A stretch of 63,384 nt of DNA, filler included, from Parasitella parasitica NRRL 2501 (GCA_025201805.1; 7 parts of 7 records of this genome joined end to end with filler, not necessarily neighbours in it), one strand, 5' to 3'. Shown: positions 1 to 14,021, counted from the whole stretch's first letter. Numbers and translations: made by a program. Notes: generated from the sequence alone by a model not told the origin.

Positions 1-302
1 TGACTAATCAGTTGTGACTGTTTTGGTAAAGAAATCCATGAGATTCCATGAGCTTCTATTTACGTTTGAGTACCCTGAAAAATGGTCCGGATGCACACAT
101 GAATTTTAGTTCCAAATTATTTCGATCTCAGTTGACCAATTAAAATAAAACTTTTTTCATTTTATTAAATTTCACTTGCTCTCTTTAATGACGTTGGTTT
201 CATGTTGATCGGATAACTTGTTCATAATCTACATCTGGTTTTAGCGAATTTTGCAAAACATCCGGACCATTAATCCACCTACTGTAACAATTTATACCGA
301 TT

Positions 303-621
303 CCACAATACTATTGACTTATTGATCCACGATATCCTATTTACCTAATTGATTCACGTTATAGTAAATAGTCTAGTTCACATTTCAGTGAACTAGACAG
401 CTCGTAAAAAAGTATAAATAGAGGCCATTTTGACCAGCAAAGAAGAGTTTTCTTCGTCAGATCTCCTCATCGAATTCCCTTATTAAATATCCCTAGCAAT
501 CTTCTTATCTTTCTCCACCTTTCTCTTATTAAATCATAGCCTCCTTATTTGAAATAAACTTCTGCATATCTTCTTTTAGTACTCTGTCCCTGATTATCTA
601 ATAAGGCCGTAGATCCCTGAT
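303..621 (+). repeat. LTR-like dispersed repeat, copy 1 (~320 bp; second copy at 36426-36748)
   Basis: Near-identical to 36426-36748 by direct reading. Contains an 11-bp-stem hairpin (371-398), TATAAATA and downstream AATAAA. Truncates the LINE ORF, which reads into it. Confidence 0.75.
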
Positions 622-1265
622 AAAAAGAATCTGGGGGGAGTGGCAGAGAAGAAATCAAATCAGATGGCAGTGTAGAGCATTCATGTAGGTGACGGCGGGA
701 TGTTCGATCTCGATTACATGCACAGGGTCTTGGTTTACCAGGCAGCCAACCCATTCTATAACGAACAAGACGACTACGACAGGGTCTACTAGCAGGGACG
801 AACATGACGGGATCGATACCAATTGTTGGGCGACAAGCACGAATCAGTACCTTGTCAGTCTTGGACAGAAATTCATCATGCCATTGCTGGCGTCGGTCAA
901 AAAACCACTTTTTCAAGTGACGTTTGTTGACGGAGGGAACTTCGACTAGAGCACGAGCAGCTAATTTTTGTTTTTTCAATTTGGACAAAGAAGAACTTGG
1001 TAACGAAGTGGACAACAAAGAGATCAGACCGTCTTCCGGTAGAAACAGTGAGCGCAAACAAAACTGGGCAACTAAAATTGCAGCGCGTTGTTTCATCAAA
1101 GGAAGATTTGTCACGTGTCGAAATACCATGGTTGAAGCAGCACGATGACCACCAAAAATCATCCGAAGACACGTATCCTGGACCTTTTCCAAAGCCTTGA
1201 AATCAGCCTCACGAAGACAAGCAACACCCAATCCATATTCGAGTTTTGGACGAACAAAAGCCTGT
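622..1265 (-). mobile_element. Non-LTR (LINE-like) retrotransposon fragment: C-terminal part of reverse transcriptase ORF
   Basis: Minus strand reads FVRPKLEY.. then (ORF 545-1231) LEKVQDTCLRMIFGG..TNLP..CRPTIGIDP..RSRLVRYRMGWLPGKPRPCAC..HLHEC, the post-RT thumb/Cys-His region typical of fungal non-LTR elements. The 5' part is missing. Confidence 0.7.
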
Positions 1266-2188
1266 TTGGCTCAGGCGAAAATTTATGTTTATTGAATACA
1301 ATGATATACAAAGTAAAATAAAAGGCTATAATGCATGCGATCTTTTGATCATTGTTGCGACATACAAAAGAGAGGTAAAAAAAACAGTTGCAGATCAAGT
1401 TTTGATTTCGATTTAGGAACATGAAACATGTCCTAAAACAGAAAAAGGGTCTATACTTGAAAAGCAGCTGTCAAAAAAAAAATATAATGTATAGACAAGA
1501 AAAGGGGGGAAAACAGATGAGAAGGAAGGGAGTTCAAGAAGATGTGGTGTATGAACTGTGCAATTGAGGAAACCTCGACAGACATACAGCAGCACAAACG
1601 AAATGAAATCACACAACCAGTGATGAACACAAAAAAAGCGGGAAAAAAAGGAGAGACAGGACATTTGCAAAAAAGCAAAAAAGGAAAACGGCAGCACAGA
1701 CCAAAAGAAAAGGAAACAAAAAAAAGAAGAGGGAAGAAAAAGGAGACAAATACAAACCACAGAAGGGCAATAGTACAAGAGACAGCAGAGAGAGACGAGG
1801 AGCAGTAGCAGAGAAAAAAGATAGATTATAGATATCAAACACCAGAAAACTCTGGCATTGGCGTATCTACAGCAGCAGACGAAAGAGGAGAGAGAACAGG
1901 CGATTCAGCATAGGCCAAAAGCTTGGCAGAACTAGCATCATGATGCAAGAGGAAACCAAGATAACGCAAGCGTTGTTTCTTGGCAAGACGCTCTTGATCA
2001 GAGGATGGGGAGGCAGAAGGAGGAGAGGCAGCAGGACGCAGAGACAATTCTTCAGCTAAAATAGCATCGAATTGTCGCTGGGTAATTTGCTCGTAGTGCA
2101 AAAACGAGTGAGCAACAGAAAGACGAACAGAACGACGAACAAACGAAAGCGCACGGAGACAACGACGGTTTTCTATCTCAATGGCCTT

Positions 2189-2288
2189 NNNNNNNNNNNN
2201 NNNNNNNNNNNNNNNNNNNNNNNNNNNNNNNNTTAATTAATTAANNNNNNNNNNNNNNNNNNNNNNNNNNNNNNNNNNNNNNNNNNNN
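2189..2288. other. Assembly gap with artificial TTAATTAATTAA six-frame-stop linker
   Basis: 100-bp N run with identical central linker; same structure at 3747-3846, 8874-8973, 10837-10936, 14022-14121 and 36289-36388. Confidence 0.97.
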
Positions 2289-3315
2289 GGTTTATCACCA
2301 GTCATCCAGTAATACACCTAATCACTAGTCATTAAAACTGATGATAAATGTGAAAAAAAATAGCACTGAAGTTAGCCATGGTGATATCGCTATACAGTAC
2401 CTATTAATTTTTCAATCACTGCTTCATTTCTCAAACCGCTGAATTAACGACAAATATTATTGTATCACTTCATTGATGGCTAGATGTTTTTGCTAGTGCC
2501 GAATCTGGTGCTGATATTAGCCATAATTGTAGCTTCCAGTGTTTCATGCTTATTGTCACTGAGGACCCCATAATTTACCTCCAAAGTTAGCACCCGGGAA
2601 AGGCGTTTTATCCAGCGCCATCAAGTTTTATATAGGGTCAAAGCAGTTAAAAGGTATCAGCCTTTAGTTTCTGTAAGAGTTTTCTCTTAGATTTTTTGAG
2701 GATGCAGATATACTCAAGGTAATAAATCAAAAGGATGCTCTGAGCATGCAAAAGGTCTACTGCATAACGCATCAATTTGGTAAATGTACGAGATGTCAGA
2801 CTCAACCGAAAAGCTGAGGAATATTGGTATACTATAACTCTGTTTTCCAGCGTTAAATGTCTTTGTGAATTTGGATCGAGTCAATACTGCTACGTAAGCA
2901 TCCCCCTGAGGTCCACTTTGACGATATAATCATCTGCTTCCACTAAATCCCCTCCGTTTTAAATTTGTAGCACTTGTAAGTGTTGGCTCAAATTGGTACA
3001 GTTGAGGATTGGACGACGTTTTGTGGGTTCTTGGCTCGTGAAGAAATCGGAGAGATAGCTTCGGCTCTGAGCTGAAGAACGGTAAATAATACCCGCTTTT
3101 ATAAACTTGGCCATCGCTATATCTATGTACTGCTAGTTGCTCTGATAATGAGTGATGCATCTTCTTGAATTTCCAAGGATATGGTTTGCTGACGAATTGC
3201 AGTCGATAGCCATCCCGAATTACTGAAATTGACCAAAATTGGGAGGTAATCTTCTTCCAGCTGTCGACAAATTGCGACAGGCGCCCGCCTAAAAGGATCC
3301 CATCCTCGGTGTTGC

Positions 3316-3526
3316 GCCAGTGTCAAAGGGCGCAGCGTAATGTTATGTAAATAAGATTTGTATAAAGTAATAAAGACTTTCTGAATAAAACCAGATACAA
3401 AACTGAAGACTTTTATTGACATAAGATATGATCTCTATCTATACTAAAATATATCCTAATCAATGTTTATCCACATAACATCTGATGTTTGACAAGAAGT
3501 GTCAAACCTTATTAAATCACAGCATT
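3316..3526 (+). repeat. Dispersed non-coding repeat family A, copy 1
   Basis: Aligns by eye with 35968-36176 (gccag..aaagggc.cagcg..gaataaaaccagata..gaagacttttatt..acataaga..attaaatcacagcatt) and in reverse complement with ~37080-37246. Confidence 0.75.
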
Positions 3527-4229
3527 TCCAGGACAGACCTATCTTTCTATTCTACATTAAAGAGAAGATTGGGTAGGATGTCTTCCCGACATCCCGCGAT
3601 CCGATCTAGATGTATTCTTTGAATAAGCTTGGAACCTTGCAAGAGGTCCAATTACAACTTGTAGCTTATTCCTTATTTGTAAAAGAATTACCAACAATTA
3701 ATATCATGATCCGTGCATTATGACTAAGTTAGATATGACATATGTANNNNNNNNNNNNNNNNNNNNNNNNNNNNNNNNNNNNNNNNNNNNTTAATTAATT
3801 AANNNNNNNNNNNNNNNNNNNNNNNNNNNNNNNNNNNNNNNNNNNNTTATGCGAACTCGAATGGCATGAATTGACTATGCGTGACATTTGAGTCTTATTT
3901 TCTTTTAGTTACTTGCTTTTAGTTATACCATTCCATTGCAGCAGGGTATTGCTTTTAGACTTGTTGTGAGCGCAATTAGTCTATGTCCAATCTTGTGGAT
4001 GTTTTTGTCTACAAAGAGTCCTCTTAACCAATTGGAAAAGTATTGGCAATTATTTTGAATATAAAAACTTCAAGATAAAAGGATGCAATTGATATGCAGC
4101 CAATGGAGCGTTCATTGTTAGTAAATCTCTTAAGACGAGCAAGCACCGGAATTTTAGAGTAATCTCAAAGAATTCTTCAACAATATTCATTGATTTCTTG
4201 CACTGTATCATTGACTAATTATTTCTTCA

Positions 4230-4778
4230 ATCTCATTCTTTTTTTTTATTTTATTTTATTTAAATCTTCATTATATTTAAGCATCTGCCGTCCAGGTTGC
4301 AGCATTTTCTAGTTAATCGTTTTACTATAAATTTCTCTTTTCATTGCAAATTCTAATAAAGACAACTTTCTATTCTTATTGTTTGATCAAAAAAAAAAAA
4401 AAAATAATAATAAAACTAAAGGTTAACGAGATAGGAAAACTTAATAAAGATACTTATTAAAGATCGAAATTGCATCTGCTATTTATACGTTTTACGGCTA
4501 CATAAATTTATGATGACTTACTGTATTTAGATTACTAATTGACAAGACTAATTCACAGTGACAATCTACTTGACAGTGTACAAAGTAAGGTTATACAACA
4601 AAGGCTACACGTCTTTGATCTATCTGTGTTACTTACAGGAATAACCTTCTTGATTTGAAACAGAGACTTTATTCTCCAACTTACACAAGCGTATCACATC
4701 ACATCATTGGAAAATTTTCAATATCTTCAATTGAAGTATATTGCCATGATCTCCTGTCTATAATTATGGCAGACCAGA
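4230..4778 (+). repeat. Dispersed non-coding repeat family B (composite)
   Basis: 4230-4380 matches 12350-12510; 4386-4778 matches 7222-7638; a reverse-complement copy lies at ~36750-37064. Confidence 0.8.
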
Positions 4779-5309
4779 ATCCTTTTGGGTCTGGAAAGGG
4801 GTCAAGCGTTGTATCTCACAGCCCGAACAACTGATTCCTCTTCTCAAAAAGCTTTTTCAAGACTATGGTCCTATCATCTGTGATGATGTTAGGAAATTAT
4901 TGTTTGATAGAGAGGCAAAGAGAACTGCCAAAAATATACTGGAAACGGTTAGGTTAGGACATGTATCTGAACCTAAAGATACTCGCTGTATACTTTTTAT
5001 CAGCTTATCAAAAGAGTGGTCTCGCTCTGAACTCATATAATTCACTTAACTGTCAATACTTTTCTTTTTTTCTAATCCCTATTTATATTTCCATTCTTTC
5101 TTTAACTATTTATTTTATTTTATTATTGTCCTTGTTGAGCACAGCTTGATTCGGCCTTACACAACCCGTTTCTACGTGCAACAAATAAAACTCATTTTTT
5201 AGAAAAAAAGAGTGGTCTTGCTAAAATTGATGATATAAAAATATATATTAGTAGTAGTACTTTAAGATAAATAATTTGATGCAGAATTAAACGCTTGACA
5301 TAGATCACC

Positions 5310-5765
5310 TAATGCGCATATTGGTTATACCTATTGTATTACTTTTTTGAGATATTTAGCAATAAAGTTCCGAAGCACGATTTGAAAATGAATGGCAACA
5401 TACTGCTGATCTGCTTCAATTTATGCACTGCAAATATAGGCCTCTAGCAGTAAAACATCTACTTTCAATCGAGAAGTAAAGCATACCCCTAATAGGTAAC
5501 TTGGTTATGTCTCAATACGAATCGATAGCTGAGACACAGTATCAAATGGCATCAAAAGTTGATTATATGTAGCTTCATTTTTGGTTAAAATAAAGACCAC
5601 TTAATCATGATCATTGCCTTTTCCCCCGCTTAAAGCCACAGTCTACAATCTCCAATATCTTTGCAAACTACTAAGCAATAGAGATATAACTTTTAGGGGA
5701 AATACTTTTTTTTTGCACTATTCTACAACATATCCGAGTCTCATTCACCTCTGACCATGTTTCAA
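5310..5765 (+). repeat. Direct repeat family C, copy 1
   Basis: Aligns with 6788-7210 (tgcgcatatt..tatacctattg..gagatat.tagcaataaa..ccccgcttaaag..ttctacaacatatccgagtctc). Confidence 0.75.
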
Positions 5766-6787
5766 ATTATGCTATGCTTGGACCCCAAACCTCAGATTCG
5801 ATTTTCAGTTTTCAACTTTGAGGGTCAACCTTCAGGGTCATTTTTAGGTACGGATTTGAGGTCCAAACTAAGAATACAGGCTAGTACTAGTATCATAACT
5901 GTACCTCACTACGTCTTCCGATTCTAGATATCTATCTTTGTTGTCGAGATATTGCCAAAACTAAATTTTGCAGATTTTGCAGATTTTTCAGCATATGTTC
6001 CTATAACAAGCACCATATTTTGCAATTAGACCCTGTTTAAGTTCCTAAGTAAAGTAATAAAGTACGTTTTGGTACACCTACTGGTATTATATATGTTGTA
6101 GTAAGGCTCAAATTCGACAAACATGAGCCAATTTAATGTTTTTACGCTAAACTTTGTCTCCCTGTTTCTCAACAAACTACTAAAACATTTCGGCTTGATT
6201 AATTATTAAAATCTATTTGAAACTTAACTCTCTACTAGCTGTGTTAGTTTTAGATAGATAGGTTGAAAAAAAATATTTTCCTATGTTTTTAGCAGAGGCT
6301 TGGTTTATTTTCATAACTTTCAAAGTGAAAGATAGTAATTAAAAATACATGATATAGCAATGAAAACATAGAGCTACAAAATAGCTACCAAATTATTTTT
6401 GTTTGGTTGAAAAATACAGATTTTTGAGCGAGATAATGGCAAAAAACAGTTTGGTTTTCCACCCTTTTGAACAACTCCATTTCGGCCCTGTAAGTCTAGG
6501 GACGAGAATTCGTAGTTTCATTTTGGTCGAGACAAGATTTTGATTTTTGGCAGAAATAGTAATGCTACAGCTGTGAATAAGATATTAATATGTTGGTATT
6601 GATATGATGATTTGTTTGGTCAGGTTTATAGAGCTAAAACTGCTCAAAATATGCTTAATTTTACTCAAAAACTATCAAAAACGGCGTTTTTTGAATATTT
6701 GAAAATGGGTAATAAGAAAAAATATTTCTATAGCCTTATAATCTATATGGTTGAATGCAGAATTTATTTTTTGTCATAAAACACTTA

Positions 6788-7210
6788 GTGCGCATATTCG
6801 ATATACCTATTGCATTCATGAGATATCTAGCAATAAACTATTCAAAAAAAAGCTCGAAACTGGTTTGGGTCAAATGAAAACATAGTGCTGAGATTCAATC
6901 TACAGCCTATTTTTTTTTTCGCTGTAAATGAGTGCACCACCCATTTTCAATTGAAGAGCAAAGCATGATTCTAATACGTACCTTGCGTATGTCTCTATAT
7001 AAATTGAAAGCTGAGATACTGTATAATATAGTAGGCTCAAAAACTATTTTTGTATGCCATCATTTTTGGATGAAATAAATACCACGAAATCCGAAATATT
7101 ACTTTTTTCCCCGCTTAAAGGCTTAATTTACATTTTCTAATAAATATTTTTCTTTTGCACCATTCTACAACATATCCGAGTCTCTCTCATGTATCTTTGA
7201 CCATTTTTCA
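6788..7210 (+). repeat. Direct repeat family C, copy 2
   Basis: Diverged duplicate of 5310-5765. Confidence 0.75.
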
Positions 7211-7221
7211 GATTTTTTTTG

Positions 7222-7638
7222 GATCAAAAAAAAGATAATAAAACCAAATGTTAACGAGATACGAAAACTTAAAGATACTTTAGTTAAGATCGAAATTGCC
7301 TCTGCTATTTATACTTTTTACAGCTACATAATAAATTTATGGTGACTTATTCAGATTACTAATTGACAAAACTAATTCATTCACAGTGACAATCTACTTG
7401 ACAGTGTACGATATATGAGGTTATACAACAAAGGCTACACGTCTTTGATCTGACAGTGCCTTAACCTTCATCCTGGTGCTCAGATCTGTGTTACTTACAG
7501 GAATAACCTTCTTGATTCGAAACAGAGACTTTATTCTCCAACTTACACAAGCGTATCACATCACATCATTGGACAATCTTCAATCTTCAATTGAAGTACA
7601 TTGCCATGATCTCCTGTCTATAGTTACGGCAGATCAGA
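7222..7638 (+). repeat. Repeat family B, copy 2
   Basis: Highly similar to 4386-4778, with an extra ~30 bp around 7452-7483. Confidence 0.8.
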
Positions 7639-10600
7639 TCTTCCATATTATTTAAAGAGAGCACATTCCAAATTATACGGAAAGATGTTCCCTTAAATAA
7701 AAATATAAATAATTGCAGCAATCAGTTTGTTATTAAATTCAAATTCAGGAACAACTCGATCTGTGTTATTAGGACCAGAGAGTGTTTGATATGCAGTATA
7801 CTCAACATAACACCTGTTATTACTAGAGATATATTTTTCGTTGTATTTGCTCCACTCGATCAATGAACTGAAAAAATATATTCAGTTAGAGTGTAAAGAA
7901 GACACTGTGAAAAACCTAGAAAATACTGCAAATTACCTATTAGTATAGCTTTCGAAATATGTCATCCACAATCTGCGTCCATGCATTAAAGTATGAGAAA
8001 TCGGACATTTTGGCCTAAAAAACAAAGTTTCGGTTTTTCTATTTAATCCATATTAATGTTTCAATAAAATTCACTTTAATCTTTGCATCATATTTAATTA
8101 GAACACCAACTCTTGTATCAATGTGTTGTTGTATTATTCTTGGAGACTTTGTGTTGGATTTAGCATCAAATATGCAATCAAAGTGTTTTGAAATGGGTTT
8201 TTTGGCAAACTGAATCATTCAGAACAGAGAAATGCGCTTGCTTTTTTAAATTCAGCTGCGTGCTCAATCAAAGGCTCTTGAGGTATAGCTGGTAACTTCA
8301 CCGTGATAAATCAGCATGGAATCATCTCTCTTTTGAGAAATAAGAACTGAAAGATAGATCAGAATCTGTATATTTGAATACAATACCAATAAAAAGCACA
8401 ACATACGTTATAACCGTAATATTTTTAAAATGATACTGCTGCTGTATGTCACAGATTTCTCAATCCCGCTTGTTTGTATCGAGCAGTGTAGAGACAAGAG
8501 AAACAACCCACATGTCAATTACAATAGACCATTCGAATGCTACAATGCATTCAAACTTGGCTGTCATAATTAGAAGTCTAGAGAAGAACTATGAGACTTG
8601 AAATAGCTGTGTTTCTCATTTTCTCCTCTTTTCGTGAAGATTTTAAATTGAAATAACTTTTCATCCAAGCAACCAATTTTTAAAAGATAAAAAGTATCAT
8701 ATTCCACAACATCTAGTCTATCTTGCCATTTAGCCTTGGTCCACCGGATTATAGTTTTTCACTTACTTTTCTCACTTAATAATGTTTACTGTATTGCATG
8801 CATTTACTGTTTACGCAAAAATACGGTCACTGGCGTATTAAAAAATTGGCTACGCCTTTTTTTTTTTTTTTTTNNNNNNNNNNNNNNNNNNNNNNNNNNN
8901 NNNNNNNNNNNNNNNNNTTAATTAATTAANNNNNNNNNNNNNNNNNNNNNNNNNNNNNNNNNNNNNNNNNNNNCAAAGCCGTCTCATTTGAGCGCATACA
9001 CCGTCTCATGCGCGCATAAGCCGTCTCACATGAGCCCGAAGCTGCTCTCTGAGAACACCCATAGGGCCATAGTGTAATAGAAACAGCTCCAACACTCGTC
9101 AAATCCGCCATTGGTTATCTCTTTATCAATCCTTGCTGCCAAAACGTCCTGGATGAATAATCCAATATAATTTAGGTTCATATCCATAATCATTTACCCT
9201 TGGAAAACTAGTATGAAAAGATAGTTTTTAATTGACATTTTGATGAGCTTCATCTAAAAAATAAATAACAGTTTTAAAAAGTATTTTTTTTACATATTTT
9301 TTACTAGTAATTTTACAGCTATAGACACTTACTCTGGTTGGTGTGGATCCTTAGTTGTTGCACAATGTGATGGGGCAGTGGTTGGATTTCATTCACATGG
9401 GGGAGGAAGAGAAGGAACTGAGAACTATTGTCAACCAGTAACTGATAAGATGAAGGAAACAGTCATGAATTTAAATAAGAAGACTTTTTTATCTAACGAT
9501 TTGTTGGTGGCAATTCCAAGAAAATATGAAGATCTTCCTTTAAGATATTCTGGTGTCGACAAGAGACCACAACAAAACATTGAAGAGAAAGGGGGAAATC
9601 AAGCAGTATATTCTTCTAAGTTACCAGGAGATTTCTTTGGCATATGTTGCACGAGACCTCCAATTGATACTCCGCGGTGCGGGTTTGTGAAATTTGTAGC
9701 GATGTGTTGGAAAGTTCTTGCAGTAAACAGTGATGTGTCAATTTCCCAACCGGAAGTCAAACTCAAGTAAACTCAATCCTGAACACAATTCAGGAACATA
9801 TCCCAATGGATCATGTTCCTTATTTATAACTCAACATGACATGTTCATGGATAATAGATACGATCTATTGTTCCATTCTCTAAATCATACCATGTCTCAC
9901 ACTTGTATCTTATCTTCCCATCAGTCCACTTAGATTCACTAGTATATAAACCATCATTTTTTCCATGTAATAAACGAGATCTTTCCCTGATTAATTCACA
10001 ACTGTTTTATTTAAATAATTTCTCATTCTGATAAATCAAACAGGTCAATGCCGAGACTAATTAGACTGTTTTGCTGTTGTTTAAGTGTATATTATGTCGA
10101 ATAACTAGGATGGTATAGTATCTCAGCGATAGAATAGCAAATAATTATATATGACAGAATTTTAAACGTAAGAAAGTTCGATTTCACTATGGCCTCCTGG
10201 ATGTTCTCGGTGAACATAAATGTGCTCAAATGGGAACATTATTAGGGTCATGGGAGTATTCATGTGCTTGTGAGAACTTAAATAATTTTGCCACAGAATG
10301 TGCGTTTATAAAAAAAAAAGTTGAGATTGCTCATTTTTAATGATATAATATTATTTCTGACACATTTCGGTTTTTTTTTGTGCTGGTAGTAGTAACATTT
10401 GCTACCAAATATTCGTTGAAGTATCGCATTCCAAAGATCACATCTGTTTTGAGTAAAAGTTTATTTATGCTCGCACGATCATACAAATGTTCATCTGAAA
10501 GCAAAAAGTGACTAAGAAATACCTGTTTCTAACCAAAGTGTTGTTCAAGATGTTGAAGAAGACGCTGGTGGTAATAATGCTAGCACCAGTAGCAATATAC

Positions 10601-11859
10601 TTGAATAAAGTATATATTTTGTTTGTACATGTTTGCTTTCAAATGTTGGGATGACCTCTTGTAGCGATGTTTTTCCATTAGCTTCTTTCTGCATGCTTAG
10701 CCCAAAACATTGCATATTGTGATGACCGAATGCATATTTCAGCTTCTTTGTTAGCTCTCCTTGGCCTTTTTCTTTTGTTTTATCTATCTTCTTACAACTT
10801 TATGAACTGGTATTTTAACTTAAAAAACATACAACGNNNNNNNNNNNNNNNNNNNNNNNNNNNNNNNNNNNNNNNNNNNNTTAATTAATTAANNNNNNNN
10901 NNNNNNNNNNNNNNNNNNNNNNNNNNNNNNNNNNNNTAATGTATACGCGAGAACAATTTATGAGAGATAAATACGATACCAATATAGTGATTCTATTTTC
11001 TATGTTGTGCACAAATGAGCATAATGGTGTACACGTGAGCATTTCACATAGTATGCACTTTTGAGCATAGTATTAAGCATACGGGCAGATTATATGAAGA
11101 GCACATATGAGCTTAACAATAAGCACATGTGCTGTTTTGTCTATTATGCACATTGTGCATATTAATGTATTATTAACAATATTCACTGTGCATAATAGCT
11201 TAGGCTTTAGTGGTATGCCCATTTGGGCATAATAAGGTGATAATGTGCATACTACTTCGGCCGTAGTGCTTGGGGCACTGATTGCGGAAATGACCAGTTT
11301 CACAACAGTAGTAGCACGCTTTTGTAATTTGGCGAAGTTCTCGTTCTTCCTTGGTGGTTTAGTATCAACAACCATAGCTGGAGTAGTAGAAATTGTTGTA
11401 GCAGTATTGTCATAGAACAGGATTTGTATGTTGGTTTACCCGCGGAATTGTACAACTTTAGTGTCAATTTCGTGATATAAACTTTAATAAACATTTCAGT
11501 TACCTAAAAGTATATTCATAAAGATCTTGCCTATAAACAAGTCCATAATTTTTTTATATCTACAATACACCAATTAATGTTGTAGTTGTCAATTTCTATT
11601 TTCAACATCTACTTTCAATCTTTCTATCAGGTTTATTGGTCAATCATACATCACACCATCATGGTATATTCCTTTATCTTTAAATTCCACATTTAGTATA
11701 AAGAGCAATAGTTTATTCATAGTCATGAGAAGTTCCTCATCCTAACATAAAATAAAACAACATCTTAAAAAGTATTTTATTTTAGTGTTTCTTCTGATTT
11801 TCACAAGTAGGCAAAACCAGTCGACGTTTACGTGGGCCTTGAACCAACTTGTTATCTAT

Positions 11860-12110
11860 GCCGATTGCTTCAAGAATCAAATTATCCAGAGTATCGCAAT
11901 TACCTCCACGTGCCAATTCGTTTTGAACGTATGATTTCTAATTTACCTTGAATTGCGACATCAGTGCAGCATCATTCCACTTGACAGCCTGGGCAAACAT
12001 GCGGAACTTTGTGGCATATAAATCAACGGTTGAATCTTGACGAAGACGACGTAGTTGCATGTCAGTGGTAACTATGGGTCAGAATCCCCGAGCGCGGCAG
12101 CAGTAACATT
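11860..12110 (-). pseudogene. Degenerate Ty3/Gypsy gag (Retrotrans_gag-like) relic
   Basis: Minus strand reads MQLRRLRQDSTVDLYATKFRMFAQAVKWNDAALMSQFKVN*KSYVQNELAR. This matches the gag major-homology-like pattern LxxLRQxxxVxxYxxxFxxxAxxxxWNDxAL and contains a stop codon. Confidence 0.7.
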
Positions 12111-12869
12111 AGACTTTGAAATGAAAGAGATAATGCTTGTAACTTATTTCTTTTTTATTTTGGAGCTCACGAAGATATTGATAGTTGATGCTTATTTTTT
12201 TAATGTTATTACGGTTGAGTTGGTAGAAAGGGGTCAAAATATGGAACGAAAGGCTCCCAATTTGATTTTCGTCTAATTAACAATAGCAACAACAACGTAT
12301 ATATTTTCCTTGCAACAAAAACAACAAGAATAATGTCAACAAAAATTATTTCTCAATCACATTCTTTTTTTTATTTTATTTAATTTAATTTTTTATCATA
12401 TTGAAGCGTCCGCCGTACAGATTGCAACATCTTCTAGTTAATTGTTTTAGTATAAATACTGTATCTCTTTCAATTTCAAATTTTAATGAAAATAGCATTC
12501 TATTCTTATTTCGCTTATTGGTTTCATTTGACAAGACAACGTTAGACGTTAAATTCAGTGTTGCTTCATTGTTTGTAAGTTACATGATGATACAAAGAGT
12601 ATCAACTGGATTGCAGTAAATTTGAAAGATTTACAAAATAAAAAAAAAGGTAAAAAATAAAAGCGATATGAAATTACAATAATAATCAAGTTTGGGGTTC
12701 TTTATTATAAAAGTATACTGAGGTTTTATCTAGAGAAAAACATCTTAGTATTTATAGAATTTGAATTGTTGTATATCAGTTCTCATGAATGAAGCATTGA
12801 TCCTAGAGTCAATGCGTTAATTTGTCGTTGTTTAATTTTATAGTGTATTTGTATATGAAAAAAGAGATG

Positions 12870-14021
12870 GTGCTGAGACATTGACATTACCGGAATTTTT
12901 TTGCTCATAAATCCGTAAATCTCAAGTCGACAATACAGATGATGAGGCAACTTTGCAACGACGGGAATTCATGAATAGGCAATATTACAGTCAACACTTG
13001 CTGTTATATCAATAACATGGCAAGGTCTCACATCAGCATCTCAGATCAGTCCCAGGGTCTTACAGTTAATCATGGGTAGTCATGATTTACATTATGCAGC
13101 TAGACAGTAGAACCCTAGTGTAATGAATGTGTATATAATACATCGAGAGATGTATTATGAATAAAGGTGTAATTCTTTGGCAGATTTATTTTATCAGACT
13201 TTTGACATAACACTTGCCCAAAAATGTCACAAGTGGAAAAACCAATTTTGTATTGCGTGCTCGTGGCAAGAGAGCGCTTTGGCGAACATTTAATCAAAGC
13301 GAAATGAATGGCGATAGTTTCTATTACCAGCAGATTGTAACAAAAAAAATCTTGTTCGAGACTACATTTCAAGAAGCAAAAGGCGCACATCAAACTTGGA
13401 AGGACTATTACGAATATTTACAAATAAGTATTCGATTGGAGGAGGGCGGTATTGAGCCATCTACAACAAGAACAAATGTTTCCAATATCAATGATATTCT
13501 TGACCTAGATAGAGGTGAAAGAGTTACGAAAAGAGAGTCGAAGCTTATGTCGCGGAATGTAAATGAAGACCAGAAAAATATCTACAACCATGTCAAAAAT
13601 GAACTGGAGACTAATTCTGCTGTATTTATTTCTGGGGCTGCTGGCACAGGCAAATCATCGTATATACTCAGAATATTTGAGAGATACTACTGCCTAAAAG
13701 GGTTTAAGGTATGTGCAAATCGGTATATATTTTTGATAATTAATAACTTGCTTTTCTAGGTCTTTAAATTAGCACCTACAGGCGTAGCTGCTCACAACAT
13801 TACCGGACAAACTCTTCATCGGTTTTTTTGGAATGGGAAATCAATCCGAGATTCCAAACTTTCAAAACTTAGATGAATACATCAAGCTATATCCCAAAAT
13901 AATTCTTCTTATTGACGAATATTCAATGATTGGTGCTTCACTGTTAAACTCGATGAACGACTCACTTATTAAAACCACAAACAAACCCTCTATTATGGGT
14001 GGCGTCAGAACGATATTGCAC
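12870..14021 (+). mobile_element. Helitron-like element fragment: N-terminal half of PIF1-family helicase, with intron 13709-13759; runs into gap
   Basis: FISGAAGTGKS (Walker A), LAPTGVAAHNITGQTLHRFFG, LLIDEYSMI (Walker B) and IMGGVRTIL; GT..AG intron; frameshift near 13830. Confidence 0.75.

Noticed and set aside
1413-1842. Phe/Leu/Cys-rich or Lys-rich short ORFs
   Set aside because: Artefacts of the low-complexity purine/pyrimidine tract.
2700-3315. Possible DIRS/tyrosine-recombinase relic on minus strand
   Set aside because: Only a vague resemblance; catalytic R-H-R-Y motifs could not be identified.
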